Below are positions 1 through 10,528 of a stretch of 64,000 bases of DNA, in pieces. The stretch's first letter is position 1, and every line of letters begins with the position of its first letter. The translations under genes were made by a program, and so were the position numbers. The notes under the pieces are model-generated. The model was given only the letters and a program-made list of their open reading frames with translations, did not search any database and was not told the DNA's origin. Source of the stretch: Betaproteobacteria bacterium (GTDB lineage: Bacteria; Pseudomonadota; Gammaproteobacteria; Burkholderiales; SG8-39); assembly GCA_004297625.1 (NCBI GenBank), contig SCTY01000004.1:2697-66696 (forward strand), read 5' to 3'.

Positions 1-1013
<1,013 letters not shown>

Positions 1014-1048
1014 TAGAATCCGCACCTCGCTTTTCCCAGCTCGACCGC

Positions 1049-1138
<90 letters not shown>

Positions 1139-1141
1139 AAT

Positions 1142-2206
1142 TCAACTACTTACGCAGCCAGCAGGTGCTTCAGACGCTTCTTCACTGTGACGAATTTGTG
1201 CCGTGAAGCTTGCGCCGAGGCTCAACCGCTCCGCGTGAGCCTTCAGGTGCTCGGGGGAGAGGTGAGCGTAGCGGTTCACCATCTCCAGCGTTTCCCAACC
1301 CCCAAGCTCCTTCAGCACGTATAGCGGTGTGCCGAGCTGCACATGCCAGCTTGCCCAGGTGTGCCGTAGATCGTGCCAGCGGAAATTCTTGATGTCCGCT
1401 TGCTTGCAACCGGCCAACCACGCCTTTTGAGCGTAGCTGTGCCAGCAATCGACCGGCTCACCATCGGGACCGACAAAGACGCGCCGAAGGTGTTTCCCCA
1501 ACTGCTTGCGAATTACTGCCACCGCGTCTTCGTTCAGTGGTACGCCGATTGCCCTGCGCGCCTTCGCCTGATCCGCGTGCACCATCGCCACGCCGCGCTG
1601 CAGATCGACCTGCGACCACTCCAAGCCGTACACGTTTGCCTGCCGCAGCCCTGTGGCCAAAGAAAACCGCGCCATCGCTGCTAGCCAGTCCGGAAGGCAT
1701 GCGAGCAGGGTTTCAGCTTCCTGCCTCGTAATCCATCGAACCCGCAGCTTCGGCTCCTGGTACATCTTCAGCTTTGGCGCGCGGTCCAGCCATTCCCACA
1801 CGCCAGCGGCCTTTATCAGAATCGCGCGAAGGCACGCGATGTAGCGGTTCCGTGTGGCCGGCTTTGCCTTTGGCTTGCTCTTTTCGAGCAGGTCCGCCGT
1901 ACCGTTCCGCGTGATCGCATCCAACGGCTGCCCCTGAAAGTGCTCGGTCCAGAACGCGACCTGCCTCTCGTACTCCTTGAGGCTCGCCTTACCCTCGGAT
2001 TCCTTCAAAAACCGCAGAGCTGCTTCATCCCACGTCCGCCTGGGCCTGTCGCCTAGCTTGAATCTTCGCCAAGCCTCGGCCTTTACGCGGTCGTGGTATT
2101 CCTGCGCGGCCTTTCGATCCGGCGTTTCAGCCGACTCTCTAATTCTTTGGCCGCTTGGCGTGGTGATATCAATCCACCACGTGCTTCCACGCTTGCGAAG
2201 TGACAT
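1142..2206 (-). CDS. tyrosine-type site-specific integrase (phage/island integrase)
   Basis: 354-aa ORF ending 5 nt from the tRNA 3' end. The C-terminal catalytic region reads RWHDLRHTWASWHVQLGTPLYVLKELGGWETLEMVNRYAHL (R..HxxR..Y signature). Confidence 0.9.
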   Translation of the reverse strand: MSLRKRGSTWWIDITTPSGQRIRESAETPDRKAAQEYHDRVKAEAWRRFKLGDRPRRTWDEAALRFLKESEGKASLKEYERQVAFWTEHFQGQPLDAITRNGTADLLEKSKPKAKPATRNRYIACLRAILIKAAGVWEWLDRAPKLKMYQEPKLRVRWITRQEAETLLACLPDWLAAMARFSLATGLRQANVYGLEWSQVDLQRGVAMVHADQAKARRAIGVPLNEDAVAVIRKQLGKHLRRVFVGPDGEPVDCWHSYAQKAWLAGCKQADIKNFRWHDLRHTWASWHVQLGTPLYVLKELGGWETLEMVNRYAHLSPEHLKAHAERLSLGASFTAQIRHSEEASEAPAGCVSS

Positions 2207-2451
2207 TCATTCTCCTTTCCCGGTGTCACCCGCAACGCTTGCCGAGGCAGAGCATAGAGCGAGCGCAAGTAGTCGGCAAGGTCGGCCTCGATGAAGACCC
2301 AACGCTTGCCGGCCTTCGCGCCGGGGAGCTGGCCCATACGAGCGCGACGGCGCACCGATTCCGGGTGCATCTTCAGGAATTGCGCAGCCTCAACGAGTGC
2401 GAGCGTTCGCACGGTGACGGGACCATTTGAGATAGCCTCCCTTACATTCAT
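2083..2451 (-). CDS. excisionase/AlpA-like helix-turn-helix DNA-binding protein
   Basis: 122-aa ORF immediately upstream of the integrase and overlapping its start. HTH segment: LVEAAQFLKMHPESVRRRARMGQLPGAKAGKRWVFIEADLADYL. Confidence 0.6.
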   Translation of the reverse strand: MNVREAISNGPVTVRTLALVEAAQFLKMHPESVRRRARMGQLPGAKAGKRWVFIEADLADYLRSLYALPRQALRVTPGKENECHFASVEARGGLISPRQAAKELESRLKRRIERPRRNTTTA

Positions 2452-3868
2452 GGTTCACGAACGCGCAGTCGTCCGGCGGCCAGACCGCAGCTTCATTGCA
2501 GTCGGCCTGCAGTCCTTTTGCAGTCGATCCGCCGCCGTTGCGCCAACTTCCATCGATTTGCTTTTCGATCCGATCCATCGCGTCTTGCTGCTCTTCGTTT
2601 GCTGCCTCGATGTGGCTGGTGTGTGCTGCCTGTCCGGTTAGTGTTTCTGTCCGTCCCGGCCGCTAGGCGTGCCGGGATCTACGAGGGACGCGGGACACCA
2701 CTCCCGCTTTGTGCAGTCTTCCTTTTGCTGCTCGCCGCGGCTGCACCCGCTCTTGGCTTCGATGGCGTTTCCTGTGGGAACTCGACTCATCGAGTTGAGC
2801 CATAACCCAAGGCTCAGGGGTGCGCGGGTTGCGCGCGGGTCAAACGACGCCCGTTGAGGAACGGGCAGGGGGACGAACCGCATTGCGCGGTTGTACGGGG
2901 TGATGCGCCAGGGAGCTCATCACTTGGTTGCGGCACTGGCAATATCGGCTCGAAACCCGCACCGTTGCGTGCCTGTGCGCAGCGTCACTACCCGCTCGCG
3001 GCTAGTGACGCTGCCATTGGCGCACACGAATTGCCGCAGGAATGCGGACATGGGTTGGCGCAGCGCAGGGATCGCGTCGGCCGAGGCCGGCGAGATGTGC
3101 TGGCACGAGTCCGCCGGCGAGCCTTACGCGTGGGCGCCTGAATGGCGCATCAGACGTTCAGCCGAGGCAGGGGTACGGACTATGGACGGCGGGTAAACCG
3201 TCTTCGACGGCCACGCGCGGGAAGCAGCAAATCGCTATGTCGATGCGATGCGATGTACTGCGGCCGGGACGCGATCTCCTACGTCATGCGCAACACGGCG
3301 CGCCCCGAGGGGCGGATGCTTACGTGTATCTCCGGGCCTTGCGGCCACTGGCTTTCAGGAGATCAGCCAGGTTTTGGCGCTCTCGCGAGCAAAGGGCGAT
3401 GCGTAACGGGCATCAAGCGGGCTGACACAGCCAACGAAATTCAATACCGTCCGGCGCAGTCCACTGACATATTCTATCGATCGCTTGCTCATCGAGATGG
3501 CAGTTCAACGAGGCACCTCGCAGATGCCCCTGTGACCGTGGAATTGAATCGAAAGTTCCCGCGCGCTCGGTTGCCGGGTGCGTGGCCAAAAACTGTTAGC
3601 ACTGCTGACAGTTGGCACACTCACAAAAGCTCGGCAGATCAGAAAGGTGATTTGCGTCTCGTCTGCGTCTTGTCCCGAGAGAATACGGTAGCAACTACCG
3701 GTTACGCCCGGTCAAGAAGAGTCGCCCTGCGGGCTGTGCGTGCCCGGTGTGCAAGTCTGGAAACGTCGGTACGAGAGGGCATCTACATTTCAAGTCCGTC
3801 GCGCCCCCCCTGCGTCGAATAGGTCGAATGACGGCTGCGCGATCGCACGCGGGCTGGCGGGTAGAACG

Positions 3869-3957
3869 CTGGCGGCGCGCTCTACAGTTGCGTGCCGAGC
3901 CGGGTAAGCCAGTCCGGCGTGACATCCAGTATCCATGCCTCGATTCGTTTGTTCGCG
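3869..3957. repeat. direct repeat copy A (about 88 bp, about 5 mismatches) of the ccdA 3' end plus downstream flank
   Basis: ctggcggcgcgctctacagttgcgtgccgagccgggtaagccagtccggcgtgacatccagtatccatgcctcgattcgtttgttcgc aligns by eye with 9353..9440. Confidence 0.85.
3882..3957 (-). pseudogene. 3'-terminal fragment of a ccdA paralogue (last ~22 codons plus stop)
   Basis: Minus-strand translation gives ..KRIEAWILDVTPDWLTRLGTQL*, against ..DRRIEAWILDVAPDWLTRLGTQL* at the end of the intact gene 9366..10094. Homology does not continue upstream. Confidence 0.8.
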
Positions 3958-4330
3958 CGTTCCGCGGACGCAAATCGAACCCGCGGCCCACCCAGGGGTA
4001 CACGATATCGCGTGCTTCGCCGTTCTTCGCGCGCAGCGCGTCTATCCCGGCAAGAATCGGACGGTAACGCTGGTACTGCTCGTGCTTGCCGAGGAACGCG
4101 AGTACCGGAACGCTCAACGCGTCGAGTTCCGTCGCCGGACCGGACTCACGCCTTCGACTTGTCGCAGCGAGTTCGTAAGCCGAGCGAGTGCGGCGCGTGG
4201 ATGACCTCTTGTGACCCGACTGCTCGACTGCCCACCGAAATTGGGTCAGTCCAATAGCGACGTAAGCCGCGGTCATATCTTCGCCATCAGGCGCGTGAGG
4301 GACGAGATGATCGCTATCTCCTGCGAAGCG

Positions 4331-5656
4331 TCACGATGACGCCCGGTGAAGCGATTCGATAAGTCTGGCCAGATGCGTTTCGTTCGTGCTCGGGGAGAGC
4401 AATACGGAGCGGAGGATCAGTTGCTCTCGCCACCGGGACAGACTGACCCAAGGCGCACCGTACGCTCCCAGCGTCTGATGCGCCAGTCGCATCGCATTTT
4501 CATCGTTGTCGCGGTATCGAAAGCACAACAAATTGAGGTCGGGAACATGCGTGGGCTCCAGAAACCGGTCCGACGAGAGCATTCTCCAGAAATCGCCTGC
4601 CAGGTCGATCGTGCGATCGACCTGGTCGCCCACGGCGCGCGCGCCAACGTAGCGCAGGACGGCCCAAAGCGTCACCGCGTCGGCGCGCCTCGATCCCTGC
4701 AGGCCCCAACGACCGCGGTGTGCTTCACCGGTCGCGGAGTACGGCAGCTCGACGCTCAGCTCGCGATCGAACCGATCGCGGTCCTTCACCCATACGATGG
4801 ACGAAACGCGCGGCACGTACAGCCACTTTTGCGGGCCGACCGCGACGCTGTCAGCCGAATCGAGTCCGCGCAGCAGCTCGCGATGCCGATGCGAGAAGGC
4901 GAGCGCGCCCCCGTGGATCGCATCGACGTGCAGCCATGCGTCATGTGCCCTGCTGATCTCGGCCAACCCCTGGATGTCCTCAACCGCGCCGTGAACCGTG
5001 GAACCGAGGATGCCGACGACGACCTTCCGCCGCGCGCCAGACGCGCGAAGCGCCGTGCGCAGGCTGGACAGGTCGGCACGTCCCAGAGCGTCGCCCGAAA
5101 CGACATGCACCTGACTGGCAGCAATACCGAGCACAGCCGCCGATTTTCTGATGGATACATGCGCGCACTCGGGCAGAAACAGCGCGCACTGCGCTCGCTT
5201 GTCCACGTCCCCAAACCCACCTACCGCTGCGAACAGCGCAGTGAGGTTGGCAATCGACCCGCCACTGGCAAACGTTCCCGCCCATTCCGCCGACAACCCG
5301 AGGCGTGCGCCGATATCGCCGATCACCATCTCCTCGACGCGGCTGGCGAAGGGGGCAAGCTCGCGAAACAGCAGGTTGTTGTTGACGGCGGAGACCAGCG
5401 CGTCGGTGAAAGCCGCGGCGGGGTGCGGCGCGGTATCCATATGTCCCATCATGCCGGGGGACGCCAGCCCCGCGCTGCCGGTCAGGAAACAGCGAAATAC
5501 TTCCGTCAGTCCTTCGATTCCCTCACCAGCGTCGGGAATCGCACCTATATCCGGCTGCGCCGCAGGACTGAACTGCGTCGCCTCATAGGCTCGCCGAATC
5601 ATTGCTGTCGCAATCTCGCCGGCAGTCTCGAACGGAAAATGGCGAAACGCCTCCAC
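4331..5656 (-). CDS. PLP-dependent (group II-like) amino-acid decarboxylase family protein
   Basis: 441-aa ORF with HVDAIHGG and a VGPQKWLYVP segment (putative PLP lysine), plus a GGSIANLTAL segment typical of fold-type I decarboxylases. Confidence 0.8.
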   Translation of the reverse strand: MEAFRHFPFETAGEIATAMIRRAYEATQFSPAAQPDIGAIPDAGEGIEGLTEVFRCFLTGSAGLASPGMMGHMDTAPHPAAAFTDALVSAVNNNLLFRELAPFASRVEEMVIGDIGARLGLSAEWAGTFASGGSIANLTALFAAVGGFGDVDKRAQCALFLPECAHVSIRKSAAVLGIAASQVHVVSGDALGRADLSSLRTALRASGARRKVVVGILGSTVHGAVEDIQGLAEISRAHDAWLHVDAIHGGALAFSHRHRELLRGLDSADSVAVGPQKWLYVPRVSSIVWVKDRDRFDRELSVELPYSATGEAHRGRWGLQGSRRADAVTLWAVLRYVGARAVGDQVDRTIDLAGDFWRMLSSDRFLEPTHVPDLNLLCFRYRDNDENAMRLAHQTLGAYGAPWVSLSRWREQLILRSVLLSPSTNETHLARLIESLHRASS

Positions 5657-5659
5657 GTT

Positions 5660-6238
5660 TCAGCCGCGAAGCGTGGCCATGAGATCCCGGACTGTCGTTT
5701 CGGTCGCGCCTCGGATCCGCGCATTCGGACGGCCGGTAGCGAAAGCGACTGCAAGTACAATTTCATCGGCCCGCGGGGCGCCCGGAACGCGGAACTCGAT
5801 CGTGTCCATCGCGTCGTAGTCCCATGCGTCGTCAATTCCGCCGAGCACAATGTCGAGGCTCGCGCCCGGTCCACCGCATTTCGCGTTTCCAGGAATCAAG
5901 GCAAGCCCCGCTTTGACCGCCGATCGCATGGCAAGGCCGATCTTGCAGTGGATCATCGCTGCCCCCTGCTCAAGGTCCCCCGCCTCTCCGACGATGACGC
6001 CCTTGCCATAGGCCCGCGGTGTCTGTTCCCCCAACGCGTCCAGCGCACGAGCGCTCAGGAGTTCTCCCGCACGAACCGATATTTCCACGAACTCGCTGAG
6101 GTCGTCTTGCGCGGGAGCGCCTGCTCGCGGGTTCTTGATCACGGCGCAGGCCATTGCACGCCGCACCGATGGACTCACTGCGCGGCCCGCGTGTTGCAGA
6201 ATTTCCTGCGTCACGACGTAGATTTCCCGGATATCCAT
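5660..6238 (-). CDS. amino acid synthesis family protein (DUF1185-like)
   Basis: The internal Met of ORF 5660..6679 starts MDIREIYVVTQEILQHAGR...AMIHCKIGLAMRSA..., which resembles the AA_synth/DUF1185 family. The upstream 147 codons are Arg-rich with no similarity. Confidence 0.65.
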   Translation of the reverse strand: MDIREIYVVTQEILQHAGRAVSPSVRRAMACAVIKNPRAGAPAQDDLSEFVEISVRAGELLSARALDALGEQTPRAYGKGVIVGEAGDLEQGAAMIHCKIGLAMRSAVKAGLALIPGNAKCGGPGASLDIVLGGIDDAWDYDAMDTIEFRVPGAPRADEIVLAVAFATGRPNARIRGATETTVRDLMATLRG

Positions 6239-6252
6239 GGACGATTCCTTTA

Positions 6253-7098
6253 CTAGAAGTTCCACCGCTCCGCGAGTTGCTGCCCCACGCGCAGGGTTTT
6301 GCCTTGTCCCTGGGCGACAACGACGTTTTGGCCGAATGTCGCGCCACCGACGCGCTGATCCATCCTGTAGCGCATCAGGAGATCGAGGGGAGCGGGTCCA
6401 ATCTCGCCGCTCTGCTGGTCCACGGACGGAATCGAGCAGCGCGCGCAAGGCTTCACGGGCCGCAACTCGACCCCGTCCCCCACGAGCGCTTCGACATGAT
6501 CCTCGTCGTAGGGCGCGAGGCCGCTGACCACGATGTTGGCCCGGAAGCGCTCGACCGGAAGCGTCGCATGACCCCCTATGCGCCATCGTTCGTTGAAGTC
6601 CCCAAGCGACGCCTCGCTGACGAGCAGAATCGGGAACCCGTCCGAAAACAGGTTGAGCACTTCCATGCCGCCGGTCCACCGCGCGCTTGAGGACCGCTTC
6701 GTGGCGCGGTCGAAGCGCACGAGCCGAGCCGGCAGATCGAGCAAGCGCGAGAACCAGTGGGCGGCTGCGTCGCCTGCATCGAACGCCGCCAGCCGTTGTT
6801 CCCAGATTTCCACGGTTACGCGTTTGCCTTCGATCCGCTCTCGGTCAAGCGGGACCTCGAGGTGGGGAAGGCCCCGGGCATCCACTCTCAGCGAATGCGC
6901 CTCGACGCACGGCCTTGCGCGCGCGAGGGCCGGGAGTCCGCGCTGCGTGAGAAAGCGGTGTTCCGCGTCTACCACCATCCACTCGCGGTCCGCGAGCCCT
7001 TGCGCCTCGAGTCCGAACGGCGTAAGCGTGGCCTCCCGCATCGCGATTCCCGCACACGATTTGATCGGGTAGAGATTGAGGCCAGTGATCGTCGCCAT
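6253..7098 (-). CDS. MOSC domain-containing protein (YcbX-like, N-terminal beta-barrel plus MOSC)
   Basis: N-terminus MATITGLNLYPIKSCAGI...DREWMVVD...FLTQR, with a C-terminal conserved Cys (VKPCARCSIPSVDQ). Confidence 0.85.
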   Translation of the reverse strand: MATITGLNLYPIKSCAGIAMREATLTPFGLEAQGLADREWMVVDAEHRFLTQRGLPALARARPCVEAHSLRVDARGLPHLEVPLDRERIEGKRVTVEIWEQRLAAFDAGDAAAHWFSRLLDLPARLVRFDRATKRSSSARWTGGMEVLNLFSDGFPILLVSEASLGDFNERWRIGGHATLPVERFRANIVVSGLAPYDEDHVEALVGDGVELRPVKPCARCSIPSVDQQSGEIGPAPLDLLMRYRMDQRVGGATFGQNVVVAQGQGKTLRVGQQLAERWNF

Positions 7099-7110
7099 CT
7101 GTCGCTTCGC

Positions 7111-8052
7111 TCAAGCGCCTGCTTCGCGTACGCGCCTCGCCTCGCGCGCAAGGAGGTGCACGTACGCGACCCGCAACAGCCCGGGCGCCACACCGACCGC
7201 TTCGGCCCTTCTCAGCATGTCGCCGATGAGGTGATTCGATTCGAGACGATGGCCTGCCTCGAGGTCGCGCAGCATCGAGGCAGTGAACGCCGATCCCGGC
7301 TCGGTGAGTATCCGGATCGCGTCCTCGCGGGCTGCGGAACGCGGCGGAAATCCGCTGCGAGCAGCGGTCTGCGCGCAGACTTCGAGCGCTTCCAGCATGA
7401 GCGCGCGTCCGCCCTCCGCAGCCACAACGTCCCCCACGGCAGCCCGCATCAGGCATGTCATGGACGCCAGCGTGCAAAGGAAGATGTACTTCTCCCACAG
7501 TTCCTGCATCACATTCTCGGTGTGTAGGCATTCGACCCTGGTCCTAGCGAACAGGTTCGCAAGCGAGTCGAGCACGGATCGTGCGTGGCCGGCGTTAGCG
7601 TCGCGGATCCCGAAGGTAATGCGATGGATCGCGTTGAGATGCCGGACCGCGCCGACGGGATCGAGCATAGCGGCCAGATGGCAGCATCCGCCGGCGACGC
7701 GTGCGCGGCCGAAACGCGTGTCGAGGAGATCGTAATGCGCGAGCCCGTTGAGCAAGGGCAGCAACAACGTATTCGGGCCGATCCCCGGTACCACCGCGTC
7801 CGCGGCAGATTCGAGGTCGTACGCCTTGCAGGAAAGGACGACGAGGTCGTAAGGTCCGTCGATTTCGCTTTCGAGCAGCGCGGGCACCGGGCGGCGGAAG
7901 CCCCCGCACGGACTCTCGACCACGAGCCCCTGCGTGCGCAATTGAGCGGCGCGCGAAGGCCGCACGAGAAAGCTGACATCCGTGCCAGCTTCCATGAGAC
8001 GCGCGCCGAAATAACCGCCCGTGGCGCCGGCGCCCAGGATTAGGATTCTCAT
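7111..8052 (-). CDS. 2-dehydropantoate 2-reductase family oxidoreductase (PanE/ApbA-like)
   Basis: MRILILGAGATGGYFGARL Rossmann N-terminus and ketopantoate-reductase-like length (313 aa). Confidence 0.8.
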   Translation of the reverse strand: MRILILGAGATGGYFGARLMEAGTDVSFLVRPSRAAQLRTQGLVVESPCGGFRRPVPALLESEIDGPYDLVVLSCKAYDLESAADAVVPGIGPNTLLLPLLNGLAHYDLLDTRFGRARVAGGCCHLAAMLDPVGAVRHLNAIHRITFGIRDANAGHARSVLDSLANLFARTRVECLHTENVMQELWEKYIFLCTLASMTCLMRAAVGDVVAAEGGRALMLEALEVCAQTAARSGFPPRSAAREDAIRILTEPGSAFTASMLRDLEAGHRLESNHLIGDMLRRAEAVGVAPGLLRVAYVHLLAREARRVREAGA

Positions 8053-8125
8053 TGATCTCCGCCGTGTCTGTCCACGATAGTAGACAGAGGATGCCGCGCC
8101 GTCAAGCCCGCGTGCGCCTCAGTCC

Positions 8126-8713
8126 CTATCCGACCCGGCTGTAGTCGATGACTATGTAGAAGACCGCAGGGTCGGTCGCGGACGGATTGTCGAACCGGTG
8201 TCCGACGTCGGCTCCGTAGAAAATCGCGTCCCCTGCGCCGAGCTTGAACTTTCGTCTGCCGAGAACCAACTGCAATTGTCCGGCGCTCACGGCAAGCGTT
8301 TCCCGGACGCCGGCCCTGTGCGGCGGGAACTCGCCGGAACTCTGGCCGGGCGGGAGGATGTTCACGACCAGATCCACCGTGCGGCCGCGACCCACCGGCG
8401 AAAGCGAGCGCCGTTCGAACCCCGTCCTGGCGACGCGAAAGACGGGTTGGTTCTTCACGCGCAGCAGCACCGGGTGGCGCCGGGCGATTGCAACCGGACC
8501 GCCGATCAGCTGTGAAATGCTGATTTTGAGTCCCTCCGCCAGCTTGCCGAGCACCGTGGCGGTAGGCGAGGCGCGCCCGCGTTCGATCTTGGAGAGCATC
8601 GAGCGGCTGACGCCAGTTTGCCTCTCCGTATCGCGCAAGGTGAGCCCGCGCTCCAGGCGCACGCGCCTGACACGCGCGCCAAGCGCGCCGCGCGGTACGT
8701 TCGAATGGTTCAC
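8126..8713 (-). CDS. XRE-family transcriptional regulator with C-terminal cupin domain
   Basis: HTH segment LGARVRRVRLERGLTLRDTERQTGVSRSMLSKIERG and cupin segment (GDAIFYGADVGHRFDN). I chose the GTG start at 8713 because GGAGAAGGA precedes it. The ORF track extends to 8809. Confidence 0.8.
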   Translation of the reverse strand: MNHSNVPRGALGARVRRVRLERGLTLRDTERQTGVSRSMLSKIERGRASPTATVLGKLAEGLKISISQLIGGPVAIARRHPVLLRVKNQPVFRVARTGFERRSLSPVGRGRTVDLVVNILPPGQSSGEFPPHRAGVRETLAVSAGQLQLVLGRRKFKLGAGDAIFYGADVGHRFDNPSATDPAVFYIVIDYSRVG

Positions 8714-9352
8714 TCCTTCTCCAGCAGGTTCATCAGACTCGACACCGGGCGTTGTCCTACCACCACATGTCCTTGTCCTGCGGGTACTGGCTCGCAACCC
8801 AAGTCTCATGCATCACCGCCGCAGGCGCGGTCAACAAGAATGCACAAAAGCGCAAGCGCTCGCATCGAACCTCCACGATTTGGACTGCGAGACATTTCCG
8901 GAGTGCGGCAATCATATCCTGGCGAAGAAGCTCGCAGGACCGCCGAGGCGGCGTGGAGCGCCCGGCTGAACGGCTACACAAGTATTCCTACTCCGCCCGG
9001 CACGCCTGCAATATCGGGTACTCGCTTATGCCAGACCGTCTGTCTTCAGGTTTTCCGCTCTGTAGCAAAGCACTCCGGCTTAACCAAGGCAGCCGAGGCG
9101 TCGGGCCCGAGTCCCGATTCGCTCAGCATCGTGATGGAACCAAGCAGTCCCCAAGCGCTGAATGGGCTGGCCGCAATCGGTCTCCGGTTCGCGATCATGC
9201 CAGGCGTCGCCGTGCCACAGGAAACTTGCCGCGGGCACCTCGTGGGTGTGCGCCTCTCGCTACGGTTGATGCGGAATTTCTCGGCGCTCTATCCGAAAGA
9301 CGAGGTCCGCTCGCAGCTCATCGTTACCTTCCTGCATTTCGCGACGACGCGG

Positions 9353-9440
9353 CTGGCGGCGCGATCTACAGTTGCGTGCCGAGCCGGGTAAGCCAGTCCG
9401 GCGCGACATCCAGTATCCATGCCTCGATTCGTCTGTCCGC
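9353..9440. repeat. direct repeat copy B (3' end of intact ccdA plus flank)
   Basis: Partner of 3869..3957; see that entry. Confidence 0.85.
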
Positions 9441-10094
9441 ACCGGTCAGGACGAACGCGCCGAGCATCAGCATCACGCCGCCGAGGACCTTCTTGCCGGT
9501 GCGCCCCGCGGCAAGAAGGCGGCCACGCAACCGGATCGTTACCTGCCGCGAAAGCGCACCGAGAGCGACGAGCGGCAACCCGGCGCCCAGCCCGAAAAGG
9601 GCCATCACCAGCGCCACCTGGGTAAGCTGCTCGCCCTGGCTCGCGAGCGTGATGGCCGCCCCGAGCGTCGGCCCCACGCATGGGCTCCATACGACGCCAA
9701 GCAGCAATCCCAGCACGAACTGTCCGGACAGGCCATCGGCTGAAATTCCGGACAGCATGCGCTGACCGGCGCTCGCCAAGCCGGAAGTGGCGAGCGCGAA
9801 GCGGTCCTGCAACAGCGTCGAAAGCAATAGAACGCCGAATCCGAGGAGCACTACCGCAGCGGCGGTGCGAAAGGCCTCCGGCTCGAGACCGATACTCGCG
9901 CCAAGGCTGGCGAGCAGTGCGCCGACGAGAGTGAAGGAAAGGGCGAGTCCCGCCGCGAGCGCCCAGGCGCCCAGCCGGTGCGCGGCCAGCGCCGAGCCGA
10001 TCAGGATCGGCACCAGCGGCAGCACGCAGGGCGACAGCGTCGAAAGCCCTCCGGCGGCGAAGGCGATGCCGTAGGTGCCGAAACCGAAATCCAT
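9366..10094 (-). CDS. ccdA: cytochrome c biogenesis/thiol:disulfide electron transfer membrane protein CcdA (DsbD-family core)
   Basis: 242-aa polytopic protein. It has LSTLSPCVLPLVPILIG and WSPCVGPTLG, the two conserved membrane Cys motifs. Confidence 0.88.
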   Translation of the reverse strand: MDFGFGTYGIAFAAGGLSTLSPCVLPLVPILIGSALAAHRLGAWALAAGLALSFTLVGALLASLGASIGLEPEAFRTAAAVVLLGFGVLLLSTLLQDRFALATSGLASAGQRMLSGISADGLSGQFVLGLLLGVVWSPCVGPTLGAAITLASQGEQLTQVALVMALFGLGAGLPLVALGALSRQVTIRLRGRLLAAGRTGKKVLGGVMLMLGAFVLTGADRRIEAWILDVAPDWLTRLGTQL

Positions 10095-10107
10095 CGTTCG
10101 CCGATAC

Positions 10108-10503
10108 TCAGAGCGCCTTGGCGAGGTCCGCCGCGATTGCGTCCTTATTCGTCTGCGCGATAGAGCGGGCCACCTCTTTCGTGCCCTTGAACACGATCAG
10201 CGTGCTCTGGGAGCGCACCCCGAAGCGCTTGAGTACCGCCTTCTGAAGATCATAGTCGACGATGAAAACTGCGAACCCGGCAAACTCCTTGCGACCGAGG
10301 AGCCCTCCGAGCACTTCCTCCTGAACGCGGCAGACGGGACACCAGTCGGCGTGGACGGAGACCAGCACCGGCTTGCCGGCCCGTTGGGCGGCTTCGAATT
10401 CGGCCGCATCGAACGGACGCTCCGCAGCCCGGAGTGCGCCTGAAAGGAAAAGCCCGGCAACCAGCAACAGGGTCGAACACCAAATAGACCGCGTCGCGCG
10501 CAT
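10108..10503 (-). CDS. secreted thioredoxin-family protein (CPVC active site)
   Basis: Signal peptide MRATRSIWCSTLLLVAGLFLSGALRA, then VSVHADWCPVCRVQ. Confidence 0.85.
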   Translation of the reverse strand: MRATRSIWCSTLLLVAGLFLSGALRAAERPFDAAEFEAAQRAGKPVLVSVHADWCPVCRVQEEVLGGLLGRKEFAGFAVFIVDYDLQKAVLKRFGVRSQSTLIVFKGTKEVARSIAQTNKDAIAADLAKAL

Positions 10504-10528
10504 GTCCAGAGTCCTTCTTTCGTCGTCG

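Noticed and set aside
2452-3868. Overlapping plus-strand ORFs (2854..3141, 2891..3196, 3042..3425, 3142..3822) and the small minus-strand ORFs 2390..2578 and 2638..2883
   Set aside because: They have no recognisable domains, they overlap one another, and their composition is typical of non-coding GC-rich DNA. I treat the region as degenerate island DNA.
3958-4276. Possible dienelactone-hydrolase-like C-terminal fragment (..VPVLAFLGKHEQ...DIVYPWVGRGF) in ORF 3695..4276
   Set aside because: The resemblance rests on a short, degenerate pattern only. It is not enough to call without a database search.
4346-6256. 636-aa plus-strand ORF
   Set aside because: It lies antisense to the PLP-decarboxylase and DUF1185 genes. 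The translation is Arg/Ala-rich and low-complexity with no recognisable motif, which is the typical shadow ORF of GC-rich DNA.
5660-6679. Long N-terminal extensions of ORFs 5660..6679, 10529..11404, 21236..21820, 21667..23403, 48279..49907, 30241..31335, 31821..32741 and 46218..46898
   Set aside because: In each case the family-homologous part begins at an internal Met or GTG preceded by a Shine-Dalgarno sequence or a stop/start overlap. The upstream extension overlaps the neighbouring gene or is Arg-rich filler.
8810-9352. 257-aa plus-strand ORF 8618..9391 and a 60-codon minus-strand open frame (..FLWHGDAWHD..) in the gap upstream of the ccdA repeat
   Set aside because: There are no convincing motifs and no start codon for the minus-strand frame. 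These are possibly degraded hydrolase DNA, but that is unsupported.
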